From NCBI GenBank assembly GCA_964016885.1, contig OZ024748.1:49166001-49230000 (forward strand): 64,000 bases of DNA. The letters run 5' to 3'. The notes beneath the pieces are model-generated. The model worked only from the letters and a program-made list of their open reading frames with translations. It was not told where the DNA came from and did not search any database. Position numbers and translations under genes: made by a program. Positions 1 to 11,456 of this stretch are shown one piece after another. This stretch comes from Eledone cirrhosa. Its lineage: Eukaryota. Numbering within the stretch: position 1 is the stretch's first letter; every line of letters starts with the position of its first letter.

Positions 1-81
1 ACTGTTTTATTGAGTTGATAGATTAATTTATTAATCTGCAATTAATTAATCTTTTTCAGAACTTGACATATTGCTTATTAC

Positions 82-205
82 CTTCACTCTGAAGAATTTT
101 AAACCTCGAAGTAAACTGATGATACTTTGGGTGGTATTGGTGTTTTGGTCGCGGCATTTTAAGTCTTTCAACTCATTCAGAAAATTATTTCGAATATGAG
201 AAAAC
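82..205 (-). CDS. FRY: furry exon (RFSHIRNNFLNELKDLKCRDQNTNTTQSIISLLRGLKFFRVK); gene continues beyond window start
   Basis: AG at 207-206, GT at 81-80; phase matches exon 2970-3053; resembles FRY 'FPAVKKKFMAELKELR...QSIISLIMGMKFFRIK'. Confidence 0.93.
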
Positions 206-249
206 CTAATTATAGAGAAAAATGAGAACAAAAAGGTTTTAATGAGAAT

Positions 250-465
250 GGTTTCTGATTTATACATAAGGCCAACAATTTTGGGGGAGGGGAGAGTTGA
301 TAAAGTCAACACCTGTGTGTTACTGGTATTTTATTTTATCAACTTTGTAAAGGTGAAATGCAAAGCTAATCTCAGCAGGATTTGAACTCGGAACGTGAAG
401 GGCCGTAACTATATGCTACAGAGCATATTGTCTGATGCTCTACCAATATTGCCAATCCACCGCCA
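250..465 (-). mobile_element. tRNA-derived SINE, family A (Meta/RUDI-like central domain)
   Basis: Minus strand has A box (TTGGCAATATTGG), B box (GAGTTCAAATCC) and a central CCTTT..GATAAAATAAAATACCAGT block; about 10 copies in the window. Confidence 0.8.
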
Positions 466-629
466 GAGGCTTTAATGATAATGACATAAAAAATAACAAC
501 AGTAACATTGGTTGACAACATCAGCCTAAATCTCATTTGTTAACTCTTTTGTTGACACATTTCTATTAAAATACACAGCAAATGTGTTTCAATTAATTTT
601 GAAAATAAACAAATATTTAGATTGGGGTC

Positions 630-1130
630 ATCATTCCATCCAATCACTCCTTTCCATGTCAATATCCACATCAGGATATATGACTCAGTCTTGACTTCAT
701 CTAACGCTGCAGCGACATCATCAAGAAAAGATCTGTATTCGGACTCCTTATTTGGTGCATAAATTTGCACTAGCCACAGAGACCTATCTTTCAGCCTAAG
801 CTTTATGAGGCAAAATCCTCCCTCTTAATGCGATCCAGTCCATAACACATTCTGACAGCTAGGAGCTTGTGAGGATCCTAACTCCTGCCTGTACAGTCAT
901 TTCTGGTACCACACCCGAATAGTGGAGTTTCACTCCTCTATCCAAATCTGCAATATCAGAGCCATGGGACTTTGTTGAGGAAACCCCGACTATATCTAGC
1001 CAGAAGCATCTAGCCTCCTCCTCTAGTTCCTGCTACTTAACTGTAAGGGTTGTGATGATGGTCCAGGTTCTAATTGTCAAAGTTTGCACCCTTCTGAACC
1101 CTCTTTGGAGTCTCATGATATGCAATTTTT
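630..1130 (-). mobile_element. Decayed RTE-clade (Expander/Rex3-like) LINE, APE endonuclease region
   Basis: Minus translation ..LDIVGVSSTK..LHYSGV..AGV..QIYAPN with stops. Confidence 0.8.
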
Positions 1131-1189
1131 ATGCGTCCATCCCACACCTCCTAGGACAGGTCATAGGCCCATCGCCAGTTTTTATGACA

Positions 1190-2180
1190 TGAAATGGAGA
1201 CCGCAATATATTTGTGTTCGGATAAATGGTGCTAAATCGAAACTATTCAATGTGGGAGTCTGACTCGGCCAAGAGTGCGTACTGACACCTCTCCTGTTCA
1301 TTGTTTACATGAACAGGATTGACATGTGTAGCCGGGCTGGAAGTGGTATCGTGACTGGCAGGTGTAAAATCAGTGGGCTGGAATTTGCAGACGATATGAT
1401 GTTACTTAACTCAACAGAAGGTGATCTCCGACTTGCACTCGATAGGTTTGATGCCAAGTGCTGCATGGCTGGAATGAAAACCAGTGCTGCATAAACTGAG
1501 ACACTGGTCCTTTCTAGGAAGCCTGAGCAGTGCACTCTACAGTGTGAATGGAGTTCCACTGAAGCAAGTGGAGAAGTTCAAGTATCTTGGGGCTGTGTTC
1601 ACAAGTGATGGAAGGCAGGAGACTGAAATAAGTTCAAGAATTGCAGAGGAGCTGGTGCAGTAATGCGCCAACTTCAGCATTCAGTAATCAGGAGAAGGGA
1701 GGTAGGTGTAAAAACTAATTCGCTATCTCCAATTAAGTATTCATGCCAACCCTTACCTATGGTCATGAACCTTGGGTAATGACTGAAAGAATACGATCGT
1801 GAATACAAGTGTCTGAAATGGGGTTCCTCTGAAGGGTCTTTGGAGTAACATTACTTGATAAAGTATGCAGTTCGGAGATCACTGAGTCACTCCAGGTAGA
1901 GTCGCTACTTCTCCGAATTGAAAGACCATAGCTCGGATACTATGGACATGTGGTTAGACAGGACAGATTTTAGGGACAAAACCAAATGGCAGGAGACCCA
2001 GGGGCAGACACCGAGCAAGATGGCTGGATAACATCCATGAGCTTGGCTGGTCTCACTTGGAGATCTAGCCAGATCAGTTGGAGGTGGTTGCTTTAGACAG
2101 GACCTGCTGAAAGGTGTTGTTTGAGGACTCTGCCCCCATGAGCTTCTCAGGAATAAGTGGGCAAAGAAGAAGAGATGAAC
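1190..2180 (+). mobile_element. Decayed RTE-clade (Expander/Rex3-like) LINE, RT and 3' end
   Basis: PLLFIVYMNRID..LEFADDMML..LKQVEKFKYLGAVFTSDGR; frameshifts; 3' end AATAAGTGGGCAAAGAAGAAGA shared with other copies. Confidence 0.88.
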
Positions 2181-2211
2181 AAAAATTTTGAGTAATTTAA
2201 TAAAATAACTA

Positions 2212-2392
2212 TGAGGGTCAGCTGAAAAGTTCATACTCTGATGGAATGACTAAATGAGGTTTATTTTTTAACATAGTCTCTGGAAAGAAACAATACAGTT
2301 ATTAATAAGAGTTGAAATTAATGAATGCAAGATTTCCCAGCTCTAGCACCACTCCTTCATAGTCAGCCTATGAACTTTTCAGCCAACCCTCA
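2212..2392. mobile_element. Mariner-type MITE
   Basis: TIRs TGAGGGTCAGCTGAAAAGTTCATA / TATGAACTTTTCAGCCAACCCTCA flanked by TA on both sides. Confidence 0.8.
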
Positions 2393-2969
2393 TAATTTTT
2401 TCATTAGTAAGTTGATGTTTGGAACATTATTTAAAATTATGATGGAAAATTTTAATATAAATATGAACACTTTAAAATCACCAGTTTTATTTTATAGAAC
2501 AGCAGTGGTTTTAAGTGGTTCCAGGCAGTTTAGTATTAACAGGTTTAATAACAATGACAGTCCAAACCTCATCCGACAACAACAACAACAACAACTAAAA
2601 CCTTCTAAAAGGTACAAATAAAAAAAGATAAGCAGATAGAAGAAACATTTTTTTTAAAGTAGATAATACAAACTAAAATTAGATATATTTTTCTATAGAT
2701 TATTAAAACTAAGAAAATGTAGAAATTTCAATCACAGAAAATAACTGTAAACACAGTCAATTGCTATAAGAATAGCTTAGAAAATTGTGTAAAACCCTTA
2801 TAGAAGGAAAACATGTAGCCAGCAGCTGCTACATAGAATCAAACTTTGTACCACTAGAAGGTGTGTTTGAGAACTTTGCCCCTATGACCCTCACAGAAAT
2901 AAGTGGGTAAAGAAGAATGAAAGAGAGAATATAGGAAGAAAAAAAGAAAGAAAGAAAAGAAAAAATTAC

Positions 2970-3053
2970 CTGGATTGTGCCAAAACTCCAATAACCTCAG
3001 CATAGAGATCAGATATAAGATTAATGTTAGCAGCATTAGGGGAAGACTGCAGT
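2970..3053 (-). CDS. FRY: furry exon ([27 protein letters not shown])
   Basis: AG/GT bounded, phase 2/2; [12 protein letters not shown] matches the FRY motif. Confidence 0.95.
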
Positions 3054-3456
3054 CTGAAATAGAAAATATTATATTAGTGTATGGTCCTGTAATTCCAGTT
3101 GGAGTGGAGGAATGGTTTCCAGCTGTAGAAACCAAGCCAAAACCAGTTTTGTGTGAGCATGACATGGTCACTTGACCTGGCATTGCTCACAACAGGATAA
3201 ATCATCTAACCCATGCCAGTGTAGAAAAATGGACATTAAACAGTGATGATGATTCAATATTTCCTATATTTAAGGTGCATGGGTGTAATTTAAGGGAGAT
3301 TTGGCTGCTATTTCTAGCAAATGAAATGTTGAAGCTCTCACATTGGCTTTCTGTTGTTTAGTCCTAGATCATTACCATGTGTGAATAAAATACAAAAATT
3401 ATTAATCAAAGTTTTGATCAAGAAAATTATGGAAGAAAAAAACCAAACAAACTTAC

Positions 3457-3536
3457 CCCTCTTTATAAGAGAAATGACGAAAAGCTTGAGGAATTATTTG
3501 GCTCACTAAGTCATCATGACCAGGATGGTAATGGAA
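3457..3536 (-). CDS. FRY: furry exon (FHYHPGHDDLVSQIIPQAFRHFSYKEG)
   Basis: TGCAG acceptor, GTAAGT donor; resembles FRY 'LAFKHFKYKEG'. Confidence 0.95.
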
Positions 3537-3598
3537 CTGCAAATAAATTTTTGAATGATTCTTATAACTTTGAAATTATAGTGCTCTCATATAGTGTA

Positions 3599-3675
<77 letters not shown>

Positions 3676-3679
3676 GTAT

Positions 3680-3965
3680 AGTATAAATTATTTTTTTAGG
3701 GAAAACAGGGAAGGAGTGAGTAGAAATTTAGAGAGAGATTTATTTGTTTCACTGGTGAATTCTCAGAGAAAAAAATTTTCCCTGAGGATTTACCAGTAAT
3801 AGATGTAATGCAAGTGAATGAATAGAAAAAATATCTCTATTTAGCTTTTGTAGACAATTATGTAATCGGTGATGAAACACATGTTAGATTATATAATCAA
3901 ATAAATTTCTCTCTAAATTTCTAATCACCCCATGCCTGTCTTTCCTAAAAAATAATAGTTTGTGC
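3680..3965. repeat. Diverged fold-back (arms about 3680-3746 and 3898-3965), Penelope terminal-repeat-like
   Basis: TAGAAATTTAGAGAGAGATTTATTTG versus CAAATAAATTTCTCTCTAAATTTCTA; CTGAGGA (3782) and GAAA (3874) lie in the loop. Confidence 0.6.
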
Positions 3966-4150
3966 TAATTTACACTGTGAATTATTGGGACCTGTACCAT
4001 ACTCAAGGATTTAACCTTTGGAATATTGTATCACAGGATTCTATTAAACACGTTGAGAAAAATACTTGGTAAGCTGTTGTTTCACTAATATCTGTATAAT
4101 CATTCCACCAGTTCGATTTTACCAACAGAAAGTGAAAACCTCCCTTATCT

Positions 4151-4215
<65 letters not shown>

Positions 4216-4530
4216 CAAAAAATGGTTAAAACAGTTTTTACCTTTTTATTTACTTTTTATCTTTTTATCTCTTTATACTATCTTCCTTTTATTTTCTATT
4301 TTATTTTTTTATTTGTTTTATTATTTTTTTAATATTATTATATTTTTTTATTATTTTAACCATTGCTTGTATTTTTTGTATTTTTTGCTTTTGTGTGCCA
4401 TCAATTGTATGTGAAATCTGCTTGTGCCCTAACATTTAACTCCGATCTCCCTATCTTTACCCTCTATTACATTCCAATTGTTCGTGTGACTAAGCTCGGT
4501 GGAGCTTATACTCAGCACTGTGTTTATTAA

Positions 4531-4575
4531 GCTCTGAGGATTCCTACCAAATGGTATGGATGAAACATCGTAAGC
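4531..4575 (+). ncRNA. Minimal type I hammerhead ribozyme motif (Penelope-type)
   Basis: GCT-CTGAGGA-TTCCTACC aaat GGTATGGA-T-GAAA-CATCG-TA-AGC. Confidence 0.7.
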
Positions 4576-4718
4576 AAATAAAAACTGTTTGAGTATCTAA
4601 GCGTTCTTTGGTTTCTTTTGCATATAACGGCTCTGTTCTTGTACATTGAGCTAATACAATACTGTCATAATACAACACGGTGCATGTGTGTTTATGCACA
4701 CATGCTCCGTGCTATATG

Positions 4719-4754
<36 letters not shown>

Positions 4755-5057
4755 GTATAAACTGAAAGTTGTAGCTGCCATACAGCATGTACTTTTTGAT
4801 TTGTTTGAAGCAATCACAAAGCATTCAATGGAGCAAAAAGTTAATACGTTATTGTCCAGTGTAAGCACAATAGTTCAAAAGTGTGAAACCAAAACGACCG
4901 AAGGCAGTGGCCATACATATACCACAACAATGATTGTTATACTTGTCATATGTATAACAGTGTATATTTATATTGTTTTCAGTAATATTCTTTCATAAAT
5001 GAACTCTGGGGTGGGATTTTAAAAATCTTATTTCCATTGAGCATTTTAAAGAATAAT

Positions 5058-5233
5058 TGTTTCTACTTTAGGCACAAGGCCAGTGCATTACTGGTACTTT
5101 ATTTTATCGACCCCGTAAGGATGAAAGGCAAAGTTAACCTCGGCGGGATTTGAACTCAGATCATAAAGAGACGTAACTCTATGCTTCAAAGCATGGTGTC
5201 CGACTCTCTACCGATACTGCCAATCCACCGCCC
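5058..5233 (-). mobile_element. SINE family A with 25-bp target-site duplication
   Basis: TCCATTGAGCATTTTAAAGAATAAT at 5033-5057 and 5234-5258. Confidence 0.88.
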
Positions 5234-5340
5234 TCCATTGAGCATTTTAAAGAATAATGAAATTGAGATGTTTTTATTTTGACATATGTGTATATATATA
5301 TTTTTATATATGTATGTATATATATGATGATGATATATAT

Positions 5341-5720
5341 CATCATCACCGTTTTACGTCCGTTCTTCCACGCTAGCTTGGGTTAGACGGGTTGTCCTGT
5401 TTTGGGCAGTGTCCAGACGGCTGACCTTGTCTTGCTCATACGAGAACCAATTCTGGCTTGATTTCTACAGCTGGATGCCCTTCCTAACACCAACCTCATT
5501 TACGGTGAGTGCTGGGTGCTTTTTTTGCCGTGGCGCCTACATGTTCACTTTACAGTGCGGGCTGGGTGCTTTTTTTGCCATGGCACCTCCACGACCACTT
5601 TGCAGTGTGTGTGTGTGTGTGGGGGGGGCATATTGTCTATATGCTTCAGCTTCGGTTTGTTCCTGTAGGAGGTCGGGTCTTCTGTATCACTGCGTGATGC
5701 CAGAGGTCACGGTCGTGTAT
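5341..5720 (-). mobile_element. RTE-tail SINE-like element ending in (GAT)n, family C
   Basis: Family 3' end AACCCATGCTAGCATGGAA..GGACGT-AAA-(TGA)n; related copies near 3100, 7320, 8900, 14242, 15135, 24968, 29782, 31455, 44420, 57000. Confidence 0.75.
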
Positions 5721-6763
5721 CATTGCCCTATATATATATATACATACACACACACATACTCACATACATATATTGGAAATGCAGAAATCCAAACAACACA
5801 GATTTGCTACAATGTTCAAAGCATTAGAAAATTGGATAAAATACCCCTTAGAGACAGAAAATAAGTTGACAGCAGCCACTACAGAAAATTGAACTCTGTA
5901 TCTCCTAAATTTCAGTCAGGTGTGTTACCTTAACCTATATGCAGTTTATAATCAGTAACACACTTGCCTAATATACTGTCTAGGTATTGTTTACTGTCTT
6001 AGATACAACATCTACAATTAGAAAAGAAAAACTGCAGTTGTTACTTGTAATGTAGTATGACTTGGTAGTAAATACCAGGCTTTTGCTAAGAGTTTTGGGT
6101 TACCATGCAGTCACAAGCAGACAGACACCTCTCAAACTTTCCTCATTTCTTCTTTACCTATTTATTCTTGGAGGAGTCATGGTAATAGAGTTCTCAAGTA
6201 TGTCTTCCAGTGGGTCCTGGCAGAGGCAACTGTCTCCAATTGATCCGACTGGATCTCCAAGCAAGGCCCACTGTGGTCATGGATGTTATCCAACCATTTT
6301 GCTCAGGGTCTACCCCTGGGTCTCCTGCCAGTTAATTTTGCAAGGAGGGAGGATAAGTTTGTTCATCTTTAAGATGGACATGTCAGTTGGTTGGTTCTTG
6401 CAATAAGTGATACATCTGCTGGTCAGTTTCACCAATGTATTCTTCTTACAGAATTATTGAATGGTTTTAACACACACAAATGTATTCAAGGGCATATGAC
6501 ATTGTTAGTAGAAGATAGGTGATGTGAGTACATTGAACTGGTCCACAAGGAGTGTGTGAAGAATGTAAGATGGTGTAGTTACATTGTTAAAGCTTAAGTA
6601 AATTTATTCTACATCCCACAACCATAAATGAAACTTAAGGGCCAGTCCAGCTTGAGGTCCCAGCAGACAGGATGGAGAAAACATCCAGAGGATGGCAGGA
6701 GACATATGCTGGAACAACCACTCCACCTCGTGGGACTCACACCTGAGGGTAGCCAATACTTAC

Positions 6764-6814
6764 CTTTGAAAGAACTTCTGTAAGTGCCAAACAGTAGACA
6801 AATTCTACAGCCAA
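6764..6814 (-). CDS. FRY: furry exon (LAVEFVYCLALTEVLSK)
   Basis: TTACAG acceptor, GTAAGT donor, 51 nt phase 0/0; resembles FRY 'LAIDFIFSLVLIEVLKQ'. Confidence 0.92.
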
Positions 6815-7102
6815 CTGTAAAATAAAAAAAAATTTGAATAGTGAAGGGAGATAACTTATATAATGTCAGCTCAGCAGGAAGTACTAACAGCAACAGTAGC
6901 TTGGATTAGACTTAGCACAGACTGACACACCAGCTTGTACTCTAAGTGGGTACTAATAAGGGTGGATATAATGATATCCACCCTGATTAGTAGGCTTACA
7001 TGGGTAGTTTACAAAACTGAAGAAAGATATTCAATGAAACAAAGGATGGCAGTTATTACAACTGAATATGTAGTTTAAGAGTGGGAAGGGACCGATGGGC
7101 AG

Positions 7103-7177
<75 letters not shown>

Positions 7178-7246
7178 TATATATAAAGAAAACTCTGACA
7201 CACTGAGAAATAGTTTATGATAGAAAACTTATAAAACAATACTTAC

Positions 7247-7277
7247 ATCACGTTTTTCACGCAGGTAATCCTTGTCT
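7247..7277 (-). CDS. FRY: furry 31-nt exon (DKDYLREKRD)
   Basis: TTTCAG acceptor, GTAAGT donor, phase 2/0; resembles FRY 'RDYLMERRD'. Confidence 0.9.
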
Positions 7278-7555
7278 CTGAAATAGAACCAAAATTATTA
7301 AAACATCACTTCAAAAAGCACCCAGCCAACCCGGTAAGGTGGTCATGATGGTGGATGGTGATATGATAAAAAACACCCAGTCCATGTTGGCATAAAGAAA
7401 GGCATCCACTGTAGAAACCAAGCAAGAAACAGTCACCTCATCTGACTTGCTTCACAACGTGACAACTAGTCTAAACTATGCTAGCATGAAAATGGACATC
7501 ATCATGATCATGTTTTTATTTTTATTTTTATCATGATCATGATCATCATTATGAC

Positions 7556-7587
<32 letters not shown>

Positions 7588-7671
7588 CGATGACAATGAT
7601 GATGATGATGATTACTTCACTTTTGTATTTGCTTTGCAAGATTCTTGATGTAAAATTGTGTATTGAAACAG

Positions 7672-7839
7672 ATATTGGTATACTTTGGGAGGGTCATGCT
7701 GCCAATAAAAAACACATGCACCAGTTCAGTTTTACTTCAATTTATTATTAGTTGAGTAACTAATCCATTCATTAGTTAGTTTAGTAACTAGTGCATGTGT
7801 TTTTATTGGCAGCATGACTCTTCCAAAATATAACAATAT
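7672..7839. repeat. Fold-back of the same Penelope-type terminal-repeat family as 23599-24113
   Basis: ATATTGGTATACTTTGGGAGGGTCATGCTGCCAATAAAAAACACATGCAC.. and its reverse complement at about 7786-7839. Confidence 0.8.
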
Positions 7840-8463
7840 AACAACAGTCATATAATTATATTATTCCAGATTAAAGAAGACTACATCTGATGATGGTCCC
7901 ACTCTTCAAGCAGTTGTGGAGTTAGATAAAGAGTGTGCAGCCCAAGGTAAGGCCTTTTGGGTCTGCTGTATATATTTGAGTATGTGGGGGGCCAAGAGAT
8001 TGAGCTAGAGAAAAGGTGTGCCACTCTGGGTAAGATCTTGGGTTTAGGGAAACTCTGTAGAAGTCCACTGGAGGGAGTGTTCTTGTTCTTGGTAGGTAGA
8101 CCTAATCTCTTATCTATTCCATGGGTGTCTTATTTAGCAGAGTCCACCCCAGTAGCATAGCTAAAGGGAAGTGCAAGAGCAGGGGGGTCTTTTCTATATA
8201 TTTAAGTATGTGGGAGGCTAGGAGATAGAGGTGTGAAAGTGAGATGACAACAAACTCCAGGGCTGCCCTTCATGGCGCACACACTTTACTTACAGCACTG
8301 GTCCACTCTGTTGTAAGTAATCAAGCCAACACTCTCCCTCATCCCAGTCTGGGGGGGTAACCTCTTACCACCAGTCATCAAGGACTTGACAAAAGATATT
8401 TGGTGCTGCCCTTTTGTTTTGACTAAGCTATTTAAAAAACAGCAACAAAAGATGAAAGTTTAC

Positions 8464-8597
8464 CCTTTATTTTTATGTCTGAACTGTTCGATGAAAAGGG
8501 AGTCATCGATAACAAACTGTCCTTTGTACCACTTGAATAAAGTATTCAGCAAAGATGGAAGTGATTGCTCAGCCACACAGCCTAGAGATGACAGCAC
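8464..8597 (-). CDS. FRY: furry exon (VLSSLGCVAEQSLPSLLNTLFKWYKGQFVIDDSLFIEQFRHKNKG)
   Basis: TGTAG acceptor, GTAAAC donor, phase 0/2; resembles FRY 'CLPSILRTLFDWYKRQ'. Confidence 0.95.
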
Positions 8598-8790
8598 CTA
8601 CAATAGAAGAGTGTGAGTGAAAGTGAGTGTATGTGTGTGAGTGAGCAAAGATGGCAGTGACTGCTCAGCTACACAGCCTAGAGATGACAGAGTGAGTGAG
8701 AGACAGAGTGACTCAGTGAGTGAGTGACAGTGTGAGTAAGGGGGAGACCAAGTGAGTGAATGGGTGAGTAAAGATGGATGTGCAGTTTAC

Positions 8791-8844
8791 CTGGTCTAAC
8801 TGTGGGTCTTCACTTCGCTGTATAGACTTGGAGAGAGAACGTTC
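8791..8844 (-). CDS. FRY: furry exon (ERSLSKSIQRSEDPQLDQ)
   Basis: TTCAG/GTAAAC, 54 nt; resembles FRY 'EKPLTKSLQRGEDPQFDQ'. Confidence 0.95.
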
Positions 8845-9039
8845 CTGAATAAATAGATGAAGTAAATATATAGATGAAATAAATATATAGATGTAAAGTG
8901 GTTGTAAACGTGGTTGGTGTTAGGAAGGGCATCCAGCTGTAGAAAACAATCCAATCCAGCCAGACAACCCTATACGAGCGAGACGACCAATCTTGCCTCA
9001 AGTGGGATAAATTCTCATCTAAACCCATGCTAGCATGGT

Positions 9040-9055
9040 GGAAGATAGACGTTAA

Positions 9056-9086
<31 letters not shown>

Positions 9087-9260
9087 CATAAATAGATGAA
9101 ATAAATAGATGAAATAAATAGATGACATAAATGAAATAAATAGATGAAATAAATAGATGACATAAATGAAATAAATAGATAAAATAAATAGATGAAATAA
9201 ATAGATGACATAAATGAAATAAATAGATGAAATAAATAAATATATAAATGAAATAAAAGG
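9040..9260 (+). repeat. (GAT)n followed by AAATAAATAGATGA-type minisatellite
   Basis: Direct inspection. Confidence 0.9.
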
Positions 9261-9519
9261 GGAGTTGTTGAGTGCTGTTTACAATGTGGAGAGATATTTC
9301 TGGTTTAATTAGCAATGTTAGAGAGCAGATATGACAGCTGTGACAGATATGACATTTGGTCAGTTATTGCTTCAGTAATTATGTAATGTCACTGATGTGT
9401 CATTAGGTGTGTCTCTCATAGGAATAGTTGATTGGTTTAGAGACAGGTAAGAGAGAGGTAGAGGAGGAGTGAGGGGCAGGTGAAAAATAAGAAAGGGAAG
9501 AGAAGCCAAAAAATACAAG

Positions 9520-9885
9520 ATGGAGAGAGGGAGAGTTGGGTAGGAAAACGAGAGAGAGAGAGAGAGAGTTAGGTAGGAAAACGAGAGAGAGAGAGAGAGA
9601 GTTAGGTAGAAAAAACAAGAGAGAGAGGGAGAGAGAGAGTTAGATAGAAAAACAAGAGAGAGAGAGTTATGTAGAATAAATGAGAGTGAGTGAGAGAGTT
9701 AGGTAGATAAAATAAGAGAGAGAGAGAATTAGGTAGAAAAAACAAGAGAGAGAGAGAGAGAGAGAGAGAGTTAGGTATAAAAAAACGAGAGGGAGAGGGG
9801 TCAAGAAGAAAAACAAGAGAGACAGAGTTAGGTAGAAAAAACAGGGGAGAAAGAGAGAGAGAGAGAGAATCGGGTGGAAAAAAAC
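9520..9885 (+). repeat. (GA)n-containing degenerate minisatellite (GTTAGGTAGAAAAAACAA(GA)n)
   Basis: About 10 units visible. Confidence 0.85.
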
Positions 9886-10200
9886 AAGTGACACAAATCC
9901 TTCTGTATAAAACATATTTCACTGAACTATTTGTAATAAAAATAAAGTTAATTATTTTCCTAAATCTCTCCAAATTCTTGCTTCTCTTCAAAGAACAAAA
10001 GTTCATAGGTTTACAACACAAACTTTTTAATGGGGGTGGGGTGGAGATTTAATTCTAAAATGAACATTTCAAAATTAGATATTTTGTATTTCTAGAACTG
10101 AGACTCACAGAGGAGATGAAGGAATGCAGCGAGTGGAGTTTTGCTGTTGAGACGGTCCCATCTAACCCATTCAAACATGGAAAAATGGACATAAAATCAG

Positions 10201-10239
<39 letters not shown>

Positions 10240-10307
10240 GAACTAGGAGTGATCTCAGGCAGCTTGGTATCATTAGCATAAAGTAAAATAAAGATTATAA
10301 ACTTTAC

Positions 10308-10500
10308 CAAAGGTTCTGCCAAGACTTGTTCGATCTTCCGGTTTGTGACAGAACAGAACTCCAGGAATAATGTCTGCACCACATATTCTCCAGGTGTGAC
10401 ATCTTGGTTCAGATCGAAATTGTTGTTATAAGAATCCTCATTCTTCCATGGCAGTTTGATGGTGTGCTCAGCCTCATCCATTGGTTGATGTGTCTGATTC
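10308..10500 (-). CDS. FRY: furry N-terminal exon (..MDEAEHTIKLPWKNEDSYNNNFDLNQDVTPGEYVVQTLFLEFCSVTNRKIEQVLAEPL); in-frame ATG at 10481
   Basis: TGTAG acceptor at 10502-10501, GTAAAG donor; resembles FRY '[29 protein letters not shown]'. Confidence 0.93.
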
Positions 10501-10729
10501 CTACAACACAAACAAATATCAAAGAACAAACACTGTATATGGAGATATGCAGGCCCCCTTTTGTCATGAATGACCATGGTTTTGCACCTGGAAAGTTCCT
10601 CTTGTAAGGCACATACCTGGGTGAGATGTGTTTGTGGAAGACCAGCAGTTGACCATGCATGCTAGTCTCCCCTCTCCATGCCACTAATGTTGTCCAAGGG
10701 TAAAACAATGGCTAATACAGCTTGGCACC

Positions 10730-10885
10730 AGTGATGTTGCAACTCATTTATACAACTGAGTGAACTGGAGCAACGTGAAATAAAGTGTTTAGCTCAAGAA
10801 CACAACACAACACACCACCCAGTCCAGGATTCGTACTCACAACCTTATGATTGTGGGCTCAATGCTCTAATGACTAAGCTAGGGG
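10730..10885 (-). mobile_element. tRNA-derived SINE, family B
   Basis: Reverse complement of the GTGTTCTTGAGC..ACACTTTATTTCACGTTGCTCCAGT block seen at 26457-26740. Confidence 0.7.
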
Positions 10886-11456
10886 TCTGCAGATGTGTAC
10901 ATTACTTCTAAACTATATTCAGGTTTGATATCACTTATCCTTGGACAAGGACTTCTAAAACTGCATAAGTAAAATAAAGCTATGTGAGTGAAATTTGGTA
11001 GGCAGAAACTGTGCAGAAACCTGCTTGAGAAACTAATCCTATTTTGTTTTTTTGTTGTTTTTTTGAGCAGTGTGATAGATTTAATCTGTTACCTGATTTA
11101 ACACCAGCTGCTGTTGGGTACCTTTAGCAGAATGCACTCTGTTGCAAGTAGGTCAGGTCTTTAAGAGGGAAACACCCTAGCTACTGTACTCTCAGAACAT
11201 TCACCTCTCTGCTAATTAGGTCACTTAAGTGAACTCTTGCTGCTTACTGCTCCTGTGCACCTGCCACATTCTTTGTTAACCAGACTGAGGTCTCATAACA
11301 TCTTTTGTGTACCCATAGTTTACATTTTATATAGAGTATGGAATTCCTACCAATACCTTTTCTTCAGATTGAGCATGACCATTCCATAGGGCTCTGTCCT
11401 CTTTCCTACTTAATTTTTGTTCTTGTTTCCATAACTGGAATTATTTCAACAACAAT

